Below, one piece after another: positions 56,060 through 64,000 of a stretch of 64,000 bases of DNA. Within the stretch, counting starts at the first letter, position 1, and each line of letters opens with the position of its first letter. Under the pieces are notes generated by a model, which was given only the letters and a program-made list of their open reading frames with translations, was not told where the DNA came from and made no database searches. Origin of the DNA: Deltaproteobacteria bacterium (GTDB lineage: Bacteria > Myxococcota > Kuafuiibacteriia > Kuafuiibacteriales > Kuafuiibacteriaceae). Position numbers and translations under genes: made by a program. The stretch spans positions 256,001 to 320,000 of the forward strand of contig JAVJQW010000043.1 in the NCBI GenBank assembly GCA_040218735.1, written 5' to 3'.

Positions 56060-57595
56060 TCAGAACACCTGCTTCACGGAGAGGGTCACGCCGTGGTCGA
56101 GTGACTCTTCGGAGCTCAGGCCCACCGCGTAGTAGATGCCGGCGTCGAACGTATCGAGCAGCAGACCGCACACGCCGAGCCCGAAGCTGTTGGCCACGGC
56201 GGGGCTGCGGGCGCCGGTCATGCGATCGACCGCCTCGAAGACGACGCCGTCGTGGAAGATCGCGAGTCGGTAGAGGTCGCGCGCGACGGAGATCTGGTAT
56301 TCGAGCGACAGCCCTGCGGCGAGCGCGGTGTAGCTCGAATTGCCGAAGACACCGCGGAGGAAGCGCCCGATCGAACGTTCGTGCGTGAAGGGGACGTCGC
56401 CGAGCACCGTCGTCCCCGCGACCTCCGTGCGAGCGAGGTCCCAGCCGAGGAGCGTGGACAGCTCGTACTCGACGTCCAACGAGAACGTGTTGCGTCGGGG
56501 TGTCAGGTACAGCCGGGTGTCGACCTCCAGCTCCTGGAGGAACGCGTCGCGGCGGCCGAGCTCCAGGTCCGCCGTCGCACGAACGAACGGACGCACGCGC
56601 TCCGTCGGGTACAGCGCTTCCAGTGGCTCGGTCTCGGAGTTGATCTGGAGGAGCCGCTGCATCGAAGCGCCGGCGCCGAGCTCGAACTCGAGATCACGCC
56701 GGGGCGTCCACGCCACGATGAGGCTCGGGTCGACGAGCAGCTGATCGTAGGAGGTCATCTGGAGGTCGAGGCGCTGCCGGTTGATCCAACCGGCCCGCGG
56801 CTCCGCGATGACTCGAAGGCTGCGATCCACGAACGCCGGGGAGTACCAACGCAGCGCGAGCTCGGCGCGCGACACCTTTCGGCGTCCCTCGCCGTCGGAG
56901 ACGAAGTCCTGCACGCGGAGGCCGACGATCGGGAGCACCTCGAAGCGGGTGTCGTCGCCGATCAGCCCGTGTGAGCGGTAGCCAACGCCCGCGACCAGAC
57001 CGTCCGGCGACCTGAACCCGAGCTCGAGCGCGACACCCGTCGGGAGGTCCTCCTCGACGAGATAGATCTCGAGCTGATGCTTCGCCGGCGGAGGCACCCA
57101 GTCCTCCGTGAGGCTGGCGAGGCTCGGGAACGTGGCGGCGGGCACCGCTTCGGTCGCGACGATCTCGTAGCGCTCGACGTGCAGCCCGTACTCCGACGAA
57201 AGGCGGGCGAGCTCACCCTCGAGCTCGGGGCGATTGAAGACCTTGGTCGAGACGTCCGCCATGACCTGGAACGCGACGGCCTTCAACGCGGACTGTCCCG
57301 GGAGGACGATGCGTTCGAGGCGGCCCTCGTCGACGACCATGAAGAGCTCGCCGGAGTCCGAGACACTCGCGGTGACCGTCGCGAGCTCGTAACCCGCGCC
57401 GCGCAAGAACTTCTCGATGCGACGCGCGGCGCGCGCTGCTCCGCGCGGGCCGACGCGGGGACCGAGCCCCAGCAGCGAGAGGTACACCTGCTCCGACAGC
57501 GCAACGTTGCCGCGGACGCTGTGCGCGTCCGCCGAACCGGAGGTCAGACAGACCGCGATCCCCAGGACGAGTCCCACGAGGTGTCTTCGCGTCAC
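56060..57595 (-). CDS. Omp85/BamA-TamA-like outer-membrane protein with POTRA-like N-terminus
   Basis: Signal peptide; [24 protein letters not shown] (POTRA-like); amphipathic strands; FLRGVF lid-like motif; ends [11 protein letters not shown]. Start moved to GTG 57595. Confidence 0.7.
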   Translation of the reverse strand: MTRRHLVGLVLGIAVCLTSGSADAHSVRGNVALSEQVYLSLLGLGPRVGPRGAARAARRIEKFLRGAGYELATVTASVSDSGELFMVVDEGRLERIVLPGQSALKAVAFQVMADVSTKVFNRPELEGELARLSSEYGLHVERYEIVATEAVPAATFPSLASLTEDWVPPPAKHQLEIYLVEEDLPTGVALELGFRSPDGLVAGVGYRSHGLIGDDTRFEVLPIVGLRVQDFVSDGEGRRKVSRAELALRWYSPAFVDRSLRVIAEPRAGWINRQRLDLQMTSYDQLLVDPSLIVAWTPRRDLEFELGAGASMQRLLQINSETEPLEALYPTERVRPFVRATADLELGRRDAFLQELEVDTRLYLTPRRNTFSLDVEYELSTLLGWDLARTEVAGTTVLGDVPFTHERSIGRFLRGVFGNSSYTALAAGLSLEYQISVARDLYRLAIFHDGVVFEAVDRMTGARSPAVANSFGLGVCGLLLDTFDAGIYYAVGLSSEESLDHGVTLSVKQVF

Positions 57596-57714
57596 GCGCC
57601 CCGCTACTGCAGGTGGTGTGCCCGTCGTCTCTCCGGGCGGAGCGGGGCGAATGCCGCGTTTTCCTTGCGCAGATCGGTCCCCATGGGGCGATCTGCCACG
57701 CCTCGCAGCGGAGC

Positions 57715-58677
57715 TCAGTAGGCGTCGAACCAGTCCGCGAGCGCGGGCACGGCGGGGGCGATCCACTCGTGGCCGGCGGACGCCGTCACCACGCGGACGT
57801 CCACACCCATCGTGTCGAGTGCGTCCGCGTACTCCTCCATCTCGTCGATCGGGGTCACGCGATCTTCGGTGCCGTGGAGGAACAACGTCGGGGGGTGGTC
57901 CGACGGGAGCTCGGGCACCGAGCACAACGTCCCGCTACACGTGGCGTAGGAAGCCGAGTGCACCGCGAGCGCGGTGAAGCGCCCGCCGTAGGAGACGGCC
58001 ATGCGGCTCGTCATGTAACCGCCGCTCGAGATCCCCGTGGCGAACAGGCGCGCCGGGTCCAGCGGACCGAGCTCACCGGCTTCGATGCCTTCGAAGATGC
58101 GGAGCATCAAGCGGTGGTCGGACGACGTCGACCAGGCCAGCGAAAACGGAGGGACGTTGGTGTCCCAGAACGTGTTGCCGCGCGCGTGCGCTTCCGGCGC
58201 GACGATCGCGTAGCCGCGATCGAGGAGATCCGCGAGGGTGCGCGCGAGCTCGAAGGCGCCGAACGTGTCGCCCGCCTCCGCCTCCCAGATGCGGTCGGAG
58301 GAGAAGAACGAACCTTGGAAGAACAGCACCACCGGATACCCGGCGGCGGGCGGCGCGGCGTTCGGCACCGCGTAGTGGACACGGCGGTCCGTCAGCGTCG
58401 TGACGCCGACCCGGTATTCGGTGGTGGAGAACGGACAACGGATCGTCGTCGCGCCGATCTCGCAGGTCGTCGTCACCGTCACGCCGGCATCGCGCGGCAC
58501 GCCGGCGTCGGCGCTGGTCGTCGATGCGTCGCGCTCGGCTGCATCCCCCGCGTCGCGCGCGGACGTCCCCGCGTCGTGCGCCTGCGGCGATCCCCCTGCG
58601 GGGCGCTCACCGCCGCACGCGACGAGCAGCCCCGCATACAAGAGGAGACACGCAGATCGTGGGGTTCGGGCCAGCAC
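57715..58677 (-). CDS. phaZ: Extracellular medium-chain-length PHA depolymerase-like lipoprotein
   Basis: Lipobox LLVA-C; [48 protein letters not shown] closely follows the Pseudomonas extracellular mcl-PHA depolymerase pattern (lipase box GISSG). Confidence 0.85.
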   Translation of the reverse strand: MLARTPRSACLLLYAGLLVACGGERPAGGSPQAHDAGTSARDAGDAAERDASTTSADAGVPRDAGVTVTTTCEIGATTIRCPFSTTEYRVGVTTLTDRRVHYAVPNAAPPAAGYPVVLFFQGSFFSSDRIWEAEAGDTFGAFELARTLADLLDRGYAIVAPEAHARGNTFWDTNVPPFSLAWSTSSDHRLMLRIFEGIEAGELGPLDPARLFATGISSGGYMTSRMAVSYGGRFTALAVHSASYATCSGTLCSVPELPSDHPPTLFLHGTEDRVTPIDEMEEYADALDTMGVDVRVVTASAGHEWIAPAVPALADWFDAY

Positions 58678-58821
58678 GGCCCCGGATGCCTACCGCGTCG
58701 TGCGCGGTCGGGGCATCCGTCGACCGCGTCGTGCTCGCCTGCACAACGACGCCTTTACAGCGCCCGGGCCTCGTACGATTCTCGCGCCGCGCCGCGCCGT
58801 GCGGTCCGGCGTTGCGGCACG

Positions 58822-60219
58822 ATGACCGAAGCACGCGACCTCGCCGGTGTCGTAGGCGTCACGCTCGCCGTGTACGTCCTCGGGATGTACGCGCTCGCGT
58901 TCTTCGCCCAGAGCAAGATCTCCACCGAAGAGGACTTCCTCGTCGCGGGCCGCCGGCTCCCCCTGTCGCTCGCGTGGGCCACGCTCCTCGCGACCTGGTT
59001 CGGCGCCGGGACCATGCTCACGGCCGCCGACGAGGTGCGCGTCGAAGGGCTGCGCGCGGCGGCGCTCGAGCCGCTCGGGACGGGGGTGTGCCTGATGGTC
59101 GCCGGCATGTTCTTCGCGGCGCCCCTGTGGCGCATGAAGCTGCTCACCGTCTCGGACTTCTACCGCGACAAGTTCGGCCGGCGCGCGGAGCTCCTCTCCG
59201 CGATCATCATGGTCCCGGGCTACTTCGGGTGGACCGCGGCGCAGTTCCTCGCGCTCGCCGGGTTACTCGAGCTCTTCTTCGGCCTCGACCCCAGCTACGG
59301 CGTCCTGATCGTGGCGGTCGTCGGGACCGGCTACACCTTGCTGGGCGGGATGTGGTCCGTGACGCTGACGGACGCGTTGCAAGTCACCTTGCTCCTCGTG
59401 GGGTTGGTCGTGCTCGGGTGGATCACGATCTCGGACGTCGGCGTCGCACGCATCGTCGCCGAGACCCCTCCCGAGATGAAGGTGTTGGTCCCCACCGAGG
59501 ATCTCCACGCGTTCGTCGGGTGGGTCGGCGTCTTCGCGATCGGTGTGTTCGGCAACCTGCCGGGGCAGGACCTCATGCAGCGCGTGTTCGCCGCGAAGTC
59601 GGAGACCGTCGCCAAGCAGGCGTGCTGGCTCGCCGGCATCGCGTACGTCGTGTTCGGCATGATCCCCGTCGGGCTCGCGCTCGCCTCGCGGATCATGCTG
59701 CCGGGGGAGCTGACCAGCTCGATCCTCCCGGCGCTCGCGCACGCGTACCTGTCGCCGGTCCTCGCGGTGATCTTCACCGTCGTCCTCGCATCGGCAGTGC
59801 TGTCGACGATCGACAGCGCGATGCTCTCACCGTCGTCCGTGATGGCGCAGAACATCTTCCCGCGCTTCGTGGGTGAGCGTTTCAAGCCGCTGGTCCTCAA
59901 CCGGATGGCCCTAATGATCACCGCGGCGGCGAGCCTCGTCATGGCCTACCTCGGCGAAGACGCCTACAGCCTCCTCGAAGACGCCTACGCGCTCGGCCTC
60001 GTCGGCCTCCTCGTCCCCCTCGCCGCGGGCCTCTACCGCGAGCCGAAGTCCGAGGCCTCCGCGCTGTGGTGCATGGCGATCGGGAGCGTCGTCTGGCTCG
60101 TGCACCGCGTCGCGGGGTGGGAGACGTTCCTGGCACCGGCGCTCGGGGACTGGCCGCTCCCGGTCGCGTTGTGCTCCGCGGGGGTCGGCCTCGTGGCGTA
60201 CTTCGCGGCCGACCGCTGA
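58822..60219 (+). CDS. Sodium:solute symporter (SLC5/choline-transporter-like)
   Basis: [52 protein letters not shown]; about 13 TMs. Confidence 0.92.
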   Translation: MTEARDLAGVVGVTLAVYVLGMYALAFFAQSKISTEEDFLVAGRRLPLSLAWATLLATWFGAGTMLTAADEVRVEGLRAAALEPLGTGVCLMVAGMFFAAPLWRMKLLTVSDFYRDKFGRRAELLSAIIMVPGYFGWTAAQFLALAGLLELFFGLDPSYGVLIVAVVGTGYTLLGGMWSVTLTDALQVTLLLVGLVVLGWITISDVGVARIVAETPPEMKVLVPTEDLHAFVGWVGVFAIGVFGNLPGQDLMQRVFAAKSETVAKQACWLAGIAYVVFGMIPVGLALASRIMLPGELTSSILPALAHAYLSPVLAVIFTVVLASAVLSTIDSAMLSPSSVMAQNIFPRFVGERFKPLVLNRMALMITAAASLVMAYLGEDAYSLLEDAYALGLVGLLVPLAAGLYREPKSEASALWCMAIGSVVWLVHRVAGWETFLAPALGDWPLPVALCSAGVGLVAYFAADR

Positions 60220-60238
60220 CCGCACACCCCTTTCCGCG

Positions 60239-60895
60239 TCAGTCGACGACGACGTACGCGCGCACCGGGAACGTCGCGCCGCCGCGCCAGGCGATCGGGA
60301 CCGCGTGCAGACGACCGCGCCCGGAGTCGAGCGCGGCGAGCCCCGTCATGTGCTCACACACCGGCACGCCTGCGCCGAGCAGCACGGTGTGAGCGGGGCG
60401 CGCGAGGTCGGACGTGTCGTCGATGTTGAGCGAGTCGATGCCCACGAACCGCGCGCCGTGTTCGACGAGCCACGTGCACGCGTCCTCCGTGAGGAACGGG
60501 TTGTCGCCGAAGTACTCCGGCTGCTGCCAGTGGCGCGAGAAGTCGGTGCGCACGAGCACCGCCTTGTCCGCGACATCCAACCCCTCGAACGCGGATCGAT
60601 CGACGCCCCGCGACGACGCCCCGGTCGCATCGACCAGCACAAACGGGAGGTGGGCGAGGCGGTCCAACGTCAGCGCAGCGAGATCCGCGCCCTGGCGGTG
60701 CCGGTGGATCGGCGCGTCGACATAGGTGCCCGTGTTCCCGCAGATGTGCAGCGACGCGATGAAGAACTCCGTGTCGGGCGCGTACTTGTCGCGAGAGGCG
60801 TCGTAGTCGAGCAAGACCTCGGCCCGGGGCTCGGGGAGGCCGGGGTACGTCTTCATGCCAGGGACGACGGGGTGAGAGACTTCGATGAATCGCAC
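60239..60895 (-). CDS. Cyclase-family (kynurenine formamidase-like) protein
   Basis: EVSHPV..YPG, NTGTYVDAPIH, VGIDSLNID, HTVLLGAGVPVCEHM, TFPVRA. Confidence 0.85.
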   Translation of the reverse strand: MRFIEVSHPVVPGMKTYPGLPEPRAEVLLDYDASRDKYAPDTEFFIASLHICGNTGTYVDAPIHRHRQGADLAALTLDRLAHLPFVLVDATGASSRGVDRSAFEGLDVADKAVLVRTDFSRHWQQPEYFGDNPFLTEDACTWLVEHGARFVGIDSLNIDDTSDLARPAHTVLLGAGVPVCEHMTGLAALDSGRGRLHAVPIAWRGGATFPVRAYVVVD

Positions 60896-60923
60896 GCGCC
60901 GAGGGTACGCGAGACTCGTGGAC

Positions 60924-62903
60924 TCAACGAGTGGCGTCGAACGTCTCGCGCAGCACGCGCGCGAGCTCGGCTATCGCGAAGGGTTTGCGCAGGACCGGCG
61001 CGCCGCCGATCGCTTCGGTGCCGTCGTCGTACGAGTAGCCCGACATGAGCACGACTGGCAGACCGGGGATCGAGCTGCGGATGAGTCGGGCCAGCGCGAT
61101 GCCACCGAGGTTCGGCATCACGATGTCGCTCAGCACGAGGTCCCAGCGTGTCGCGTCCTCTTCGAGTCGGTGGAGCGCGTCCATACCGTCGACCGCCGTG
61201 TCGTAGCGGTAGCCGAGGCGATCGAGGTAGCGCGCGATGGTGTCGCGCACCGTCTCCTGGTCCTCGACGAGGAGGATGCGTTCGTCGCCGCCGACCGGCG
61301 TCCGCGGTGCGGGCGCGGGGCGGGGCCGGTCGCTGCTCTGGTGCTCCGGAAGATAACAATCGAAGGTCGAGCCCTCTCCGAGCTCGGATTCGACCGTGAC
61401 GAACCCGTTGGCGCCCGTCACGATCCCGTAGACCGTCGCGAGCCCGAGCCCCGTCCCCTTCTCCTTGGTTCCAAAGAACGGTTCGAAGATCCGCTCCTTG
61501 GCCTCGGCGTCCATGCCTTCGCCGTGGTCGACGACACGGAGTCGGACGTAGCGCCCAGGGGGTGCGATGGCCGGGTGGCTGTCCTCGGACGGCGGGATGA
61601 TCTCTCGGCTGGTTTCGACCTCGATCTGGCCGCCCCCGTGCATGGCGTCCGACGCGTTGATGACGAGGTTCGTCGCGACCTGCTCGATGTGGGACCTCAT
61701 GACCTCCACGTGTGTGTCACCCGCGCCGAGGCGAAACTCGATCTTCGTGTCCGCCGCGAGCATCTGGAGCATGCGTCGCGCGTCGCGGAGGACGTCGTCG
61801 ATGGCCACGGTCTTGGCGCGTGCCCCCGGTCGGCCCCCGAACAGCAAGAGCTCCTTCGTCATGGCGGCCGAGCGTTGGATGAGCGCGTCGAGCTCGGTCA
61901 CGTCCTCGTAGCTGGGCGACGTTTCGCCGAGGTCCTCGCGCAGCAACGTGCACAGCGCGGACATCGCCATGAGCTGATTGTTGAAGTCGTGCGCAATGCC
62001 GCCGGCGAGGCGCCCGACGGCTTCGAGCTTCTGCGCCTGACGTAGCGAGCGCTGGAGTCGACGCTCCGTCGAGGCCTGGCACGCGTGCGCGTGGAGGAGA
62101 CCGGCCGTCTCGCCGAGCGCCGCGATCGCGCTGTCCGCGTCCGAGCTGAGCCTCGCGTCGGCGGCGACGATCAGCGCGCCGCCGAGGTCGGCGGAGCCGA
62201 AGCGGTGCACGGCGTAGTGCGCGGCGCGAGGCATCTGAAAGGTCCGACAGATGTCGAAGAACAGCGAAGCGTCGTCACGCGCTAGCGTCAGCGCGTCTTC
62301 CGCGGTCGAGCTGCGCTCGACGACGGCCTGTCCCCGCCTTCGCAAGGTAGATTGCACGCGTTCACCTACGCGCGTGACGAGCGCGGCCCAGGTGCCGTCG
62401 AGATCGTCGGCCGCGCGATCCAGGAGCGTGCCGCGGGCCGAAGCCCAGTCCTGGTCTGCGAGGTAGTGGGCGGTGAGATCGCGGATCGACTCGAGCTGCT
62501 GCGCGTGGCGGACGTTCGACTGCTCGGCGCGTTTGCGGTCGCCGATGTCGATGAACATCGCGCAGGTCCCCACGGCTCCGGTCTCGGCATCCTGGTCGGG
62601 GACGGCCCGTAGGATCGTCTCGACGATGGTGCCGTCGCGCCGGACGAACTGACGTTCTTCGTCCGCGAGCGTCCCGTGGAGCGCGCGGTCATAGCCCCCG
62701 TGCTCCAGCGCGACGCGCGACGCTTCGGTCGAGAACCGGGACAGCGGGGCGCCGATCACCTCGTCTCGCGTGTATCCGAGCGCCTCGCAGAACCGTCCGT
62801 TGCAGTCGTGCACGATCGCGACGCCGTCCTCCAGACGCGTCACGACGCACATGATCGGTGCGTCGGTGAAGAACTGGCGCCAACGAATCGCCGGGTCCTT
62901 CAC
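60924..62903 (-). CDS. Hybrid PAS sensor histidine kinase with C-terminal receiver
   Basis: PAS (CNGRFCEALGYTRDEVIG), QAQKLEAVGRLAGGIAHDFNN, NLVINASDAM, FEPFFGTK..GTGLGL, LLVED..SDIVMP..KPF. Start estimated at GTG 62903. Confidence 0.92.
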   Translation of the reverse strand: MKDPAIRWRQFFTDAPIMCVVTRLEDGVAIVHDCNGRFCEALGYTRDEVIGAPLSRFSTEASRVALEHGGYDRALHGTLADEERQFVRRDGTIVETILRAVPDQDAETGAVGTCAMFIDIGDRKRAEQSNVRHAQQLESIRDLTAHYLADQDWASARGTLLDRAADDLDGTWAALVTRVGERVQSTLRRRGQAVVERSSTAEDALTLARDDASLFFDICRTFQMPRAAHYAVHRFGSADLGGALIVAADARLSSDADSAIAALGETAGLLHAHACQASTERRLQRSLRQAQKLEAVGRLAGGIAHDFNNQLMAMSALCTLLREDLGETSPSYEDVTELDALIQRSAAMTKELLLFGGRPGARAKTVAIDDVLRDARRMLQMLAADTKIEFRLGAGDTHVEVMRSHIEQVATNLVINASDAMHGGGQIEVETSREIIPPSEDSHPAIAPPGRYVRLRVVDHGEGMDAEAKERIFEPFFGTKEKGTGLGLATVYGIVTGANGFVTVESELGEGSTFDCYLPEHQSSDRPRPAPAPRTPVGGDERILLVEDQETVRDTIARYLDRLGYRYDTAVDGMDALHRLEEDATRWDLVLSDIVMPNLGGIALARLIRSSIPGLPVVLMSGYSYDDGTEAIGGAPVLRKPFAIAELARVLRETFDATR

Positions 62904-63003
62904 GCACTCAGAATAGCCGCGGCTCCCGGTCGAGCAAGCGACGTTGTCGATTCGCCGTAGTCTCGCGTAGCCCACGGAGCGGACTGCGCGGTACCGTCTC
63001 ACC

Positions 63004-63741
63004 GTGACCTACGACGCCGAGCTCTACGCGCGCCTGCACCGCGGCACCGAAGGGGACGTCGACTTCTACCGCCGCCACGCGACCGGTACTGTCCTCGAGA
63101 TCGGCGCAGGGTTCGGGCGCGTCACCCACGCCGTCGCCGACGTTGCAGAAGTCGTCCGAATCGTCGGCCTCGACATCGACCCCTCGCTCCTCGCGCTGGC
63201 CCCCGCGCACGCGAAGGTCACCTACCGCCCGGGCGACGCCCGGACGTTCAACCTCGATGGTCCGTTCGACCGGATCTTCGCACCGCACGGCGTGCTGTGG
63301 TGCCTGCTCGACGACCGCGACGTGAGCGCGTGCTTCGAGGCGGTGGCTCGGCACCTCGCACCCGATGGGCTGTTCGTCTTCGACGTGTGGGCCGCCGACG
63401 AGCTGCACGCGGAGGGTGATCCCGAGGATGTGGATCCGGAGCACCTCGATCACGTCGCGACGCTCGACGGTGAGCCTGCGCTCGACGTCCTCGAACGCTC
63501 CACGTGGGACAAGGCGTCCCAGCGGTTGGACGTCACGTACCTCTACGTCGACGCCGACGAGCAGGTCGTCGGCGAAGGCACGATTCACCAGCGCTACCTC
63601 CTCGAGCATCAGCTACGCGCGCACCTCGACCGCGCGCGTCTGGAGCTGGTGGACCTGTTCGGTGACTTCGCCGGCACCACGTACGACGGAACGCACGACC
63701 ACCTGATCGGCGTCGCGCGGCTCAGGGGACGAGCGGTCTGA
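63004..63741 (+). CDS. Class I SAM-dependent methyltransferase
   Basis: DVDFY, VLEIGAGFGR, GLDID, GDAR, FDRIF, HLAPDGLFVFD. Confidence 0.9.
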   Translation: MTYDAELYARLHRGTEGDVDFYRRHATGTVLEIGAGFGRVTHAVADVAEVVRIVGLDIDPSLLALAPAHAKVTYRPGDARTFNLDGPFDRIFAPHGVLWCLLDDRDVSACFEAVARHLAPDGLFVFDVWAADELHAEGDPEDVDPEHLDHVATLDGEPALDVLERSTWDKASQRLDVTYLYVDADEQVVGEGTIHQRYLLEHQLRAHLDRARLELVDLFGDFAGTTYDGTHDHLIGVARLRGRAV

Positions 63742-64000
63742 CGAACGCTTCGACCGGATCCCAGTAGGTGTCGTCGGACGGCATGTCGTTGTGGCCGCAA
63801 TCGTAGGTCACGAGCTTCGCGTCCTTCGCGACCCGGCTGAGCGTCTCGCCGTGGTGGTACGGGACGACGGTGTCGCGTCGGCCGTGCAGCACGAGCACCG
63901 GCGATTGGAGCTCGCGGACGACGGCCTCGGTGTCGAATGGATCCGCGACGAGGAACCCGGGCAAGAGGAACTGCTGCGCAAACGAGCGGATGCTGAGGAA
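63722..64000 (-). CDS. Alpha/beta hydrolase, C-terminal part (partial; runs off the window)
   Basis: Open frame to the window edge: FLSIRSFAQQ..DPFDT..PVLVLHGRRDTVVP..GHND. Confidence 0.8.
   Translation of the reverse strand, partial: FLSIRSFAQQFLLPGFLVADPFDTEAVVRELQSPVLVLHGRRDTVVPYHHGETLSRVAKDAKLVTYDCGHNDMPSDDTYWDPVEAFVRPLVP

Overview
GC-rich (roughly 70% by eye), gene-dense bacterial DNA with a gene repertoire typical of Myxococcota: Hanks-type Ser/Thr kinases next to PEGA/TPR proteins, RCC1 and Ig-repeat lipoproteins, sigma54 activators, about 10 lipobox-bearing proteins. The taxonomy is an inference. About 50 CDS; no rRNA, tRNA, CRISPR array or transposase recognised. Main blocks: (1) 60-8498, YqiJ/NfeD-like membrane protein, flotillin and a 1758-aa AAA+ ATPase. 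(2) 8597-10672, small lipoprotein plus a secreted 120-triplet collagen fibre. (3) 11.5-18.8 kb, RCC1 lipoprotein, tandem-wHTH regulator, two Ser/Thr kinases and a PEGA protein. (4) 18.8-26.5 kb, envelope block (class A PBP, Pal-like lipoprotein, divergent sigma54 promoters, NtrC-type activator). (5) 26.5-31.4 kb, an XRE regulator fused to a catalytically degenerate adenylyl-cyclase domain directly upstream of ahcY, then a two-component pair. (6) 31.5-44.2 kb, surface proteins and hydrolases including a DUF3015/DUF4105 pair. (7) 44.4-56.0 kb, a 12-gene lipid operon in which a dedicated type II FAS module (KS, ACP, two CrtI-like FAD oxidoreductases, FabG, FabZ, FabI, PPTase) is coupled to a complete oleABCD head-to-head olefin pathway. 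(8) 56-64 kb, Omp85-like barrel, lipid-anchored mcl-PHA depolymerase, Na+/solute symporter, cyclase-family protein, hybrid kinase, methyltransferase. The strongest candidates for undescribed biology are block 7 and the XRE-pseudocyclase/ahcY pair. All family assignments come from motifs recognised by eye; no searches were run. Several start codons were moved from the ORF track to better-supported positions.
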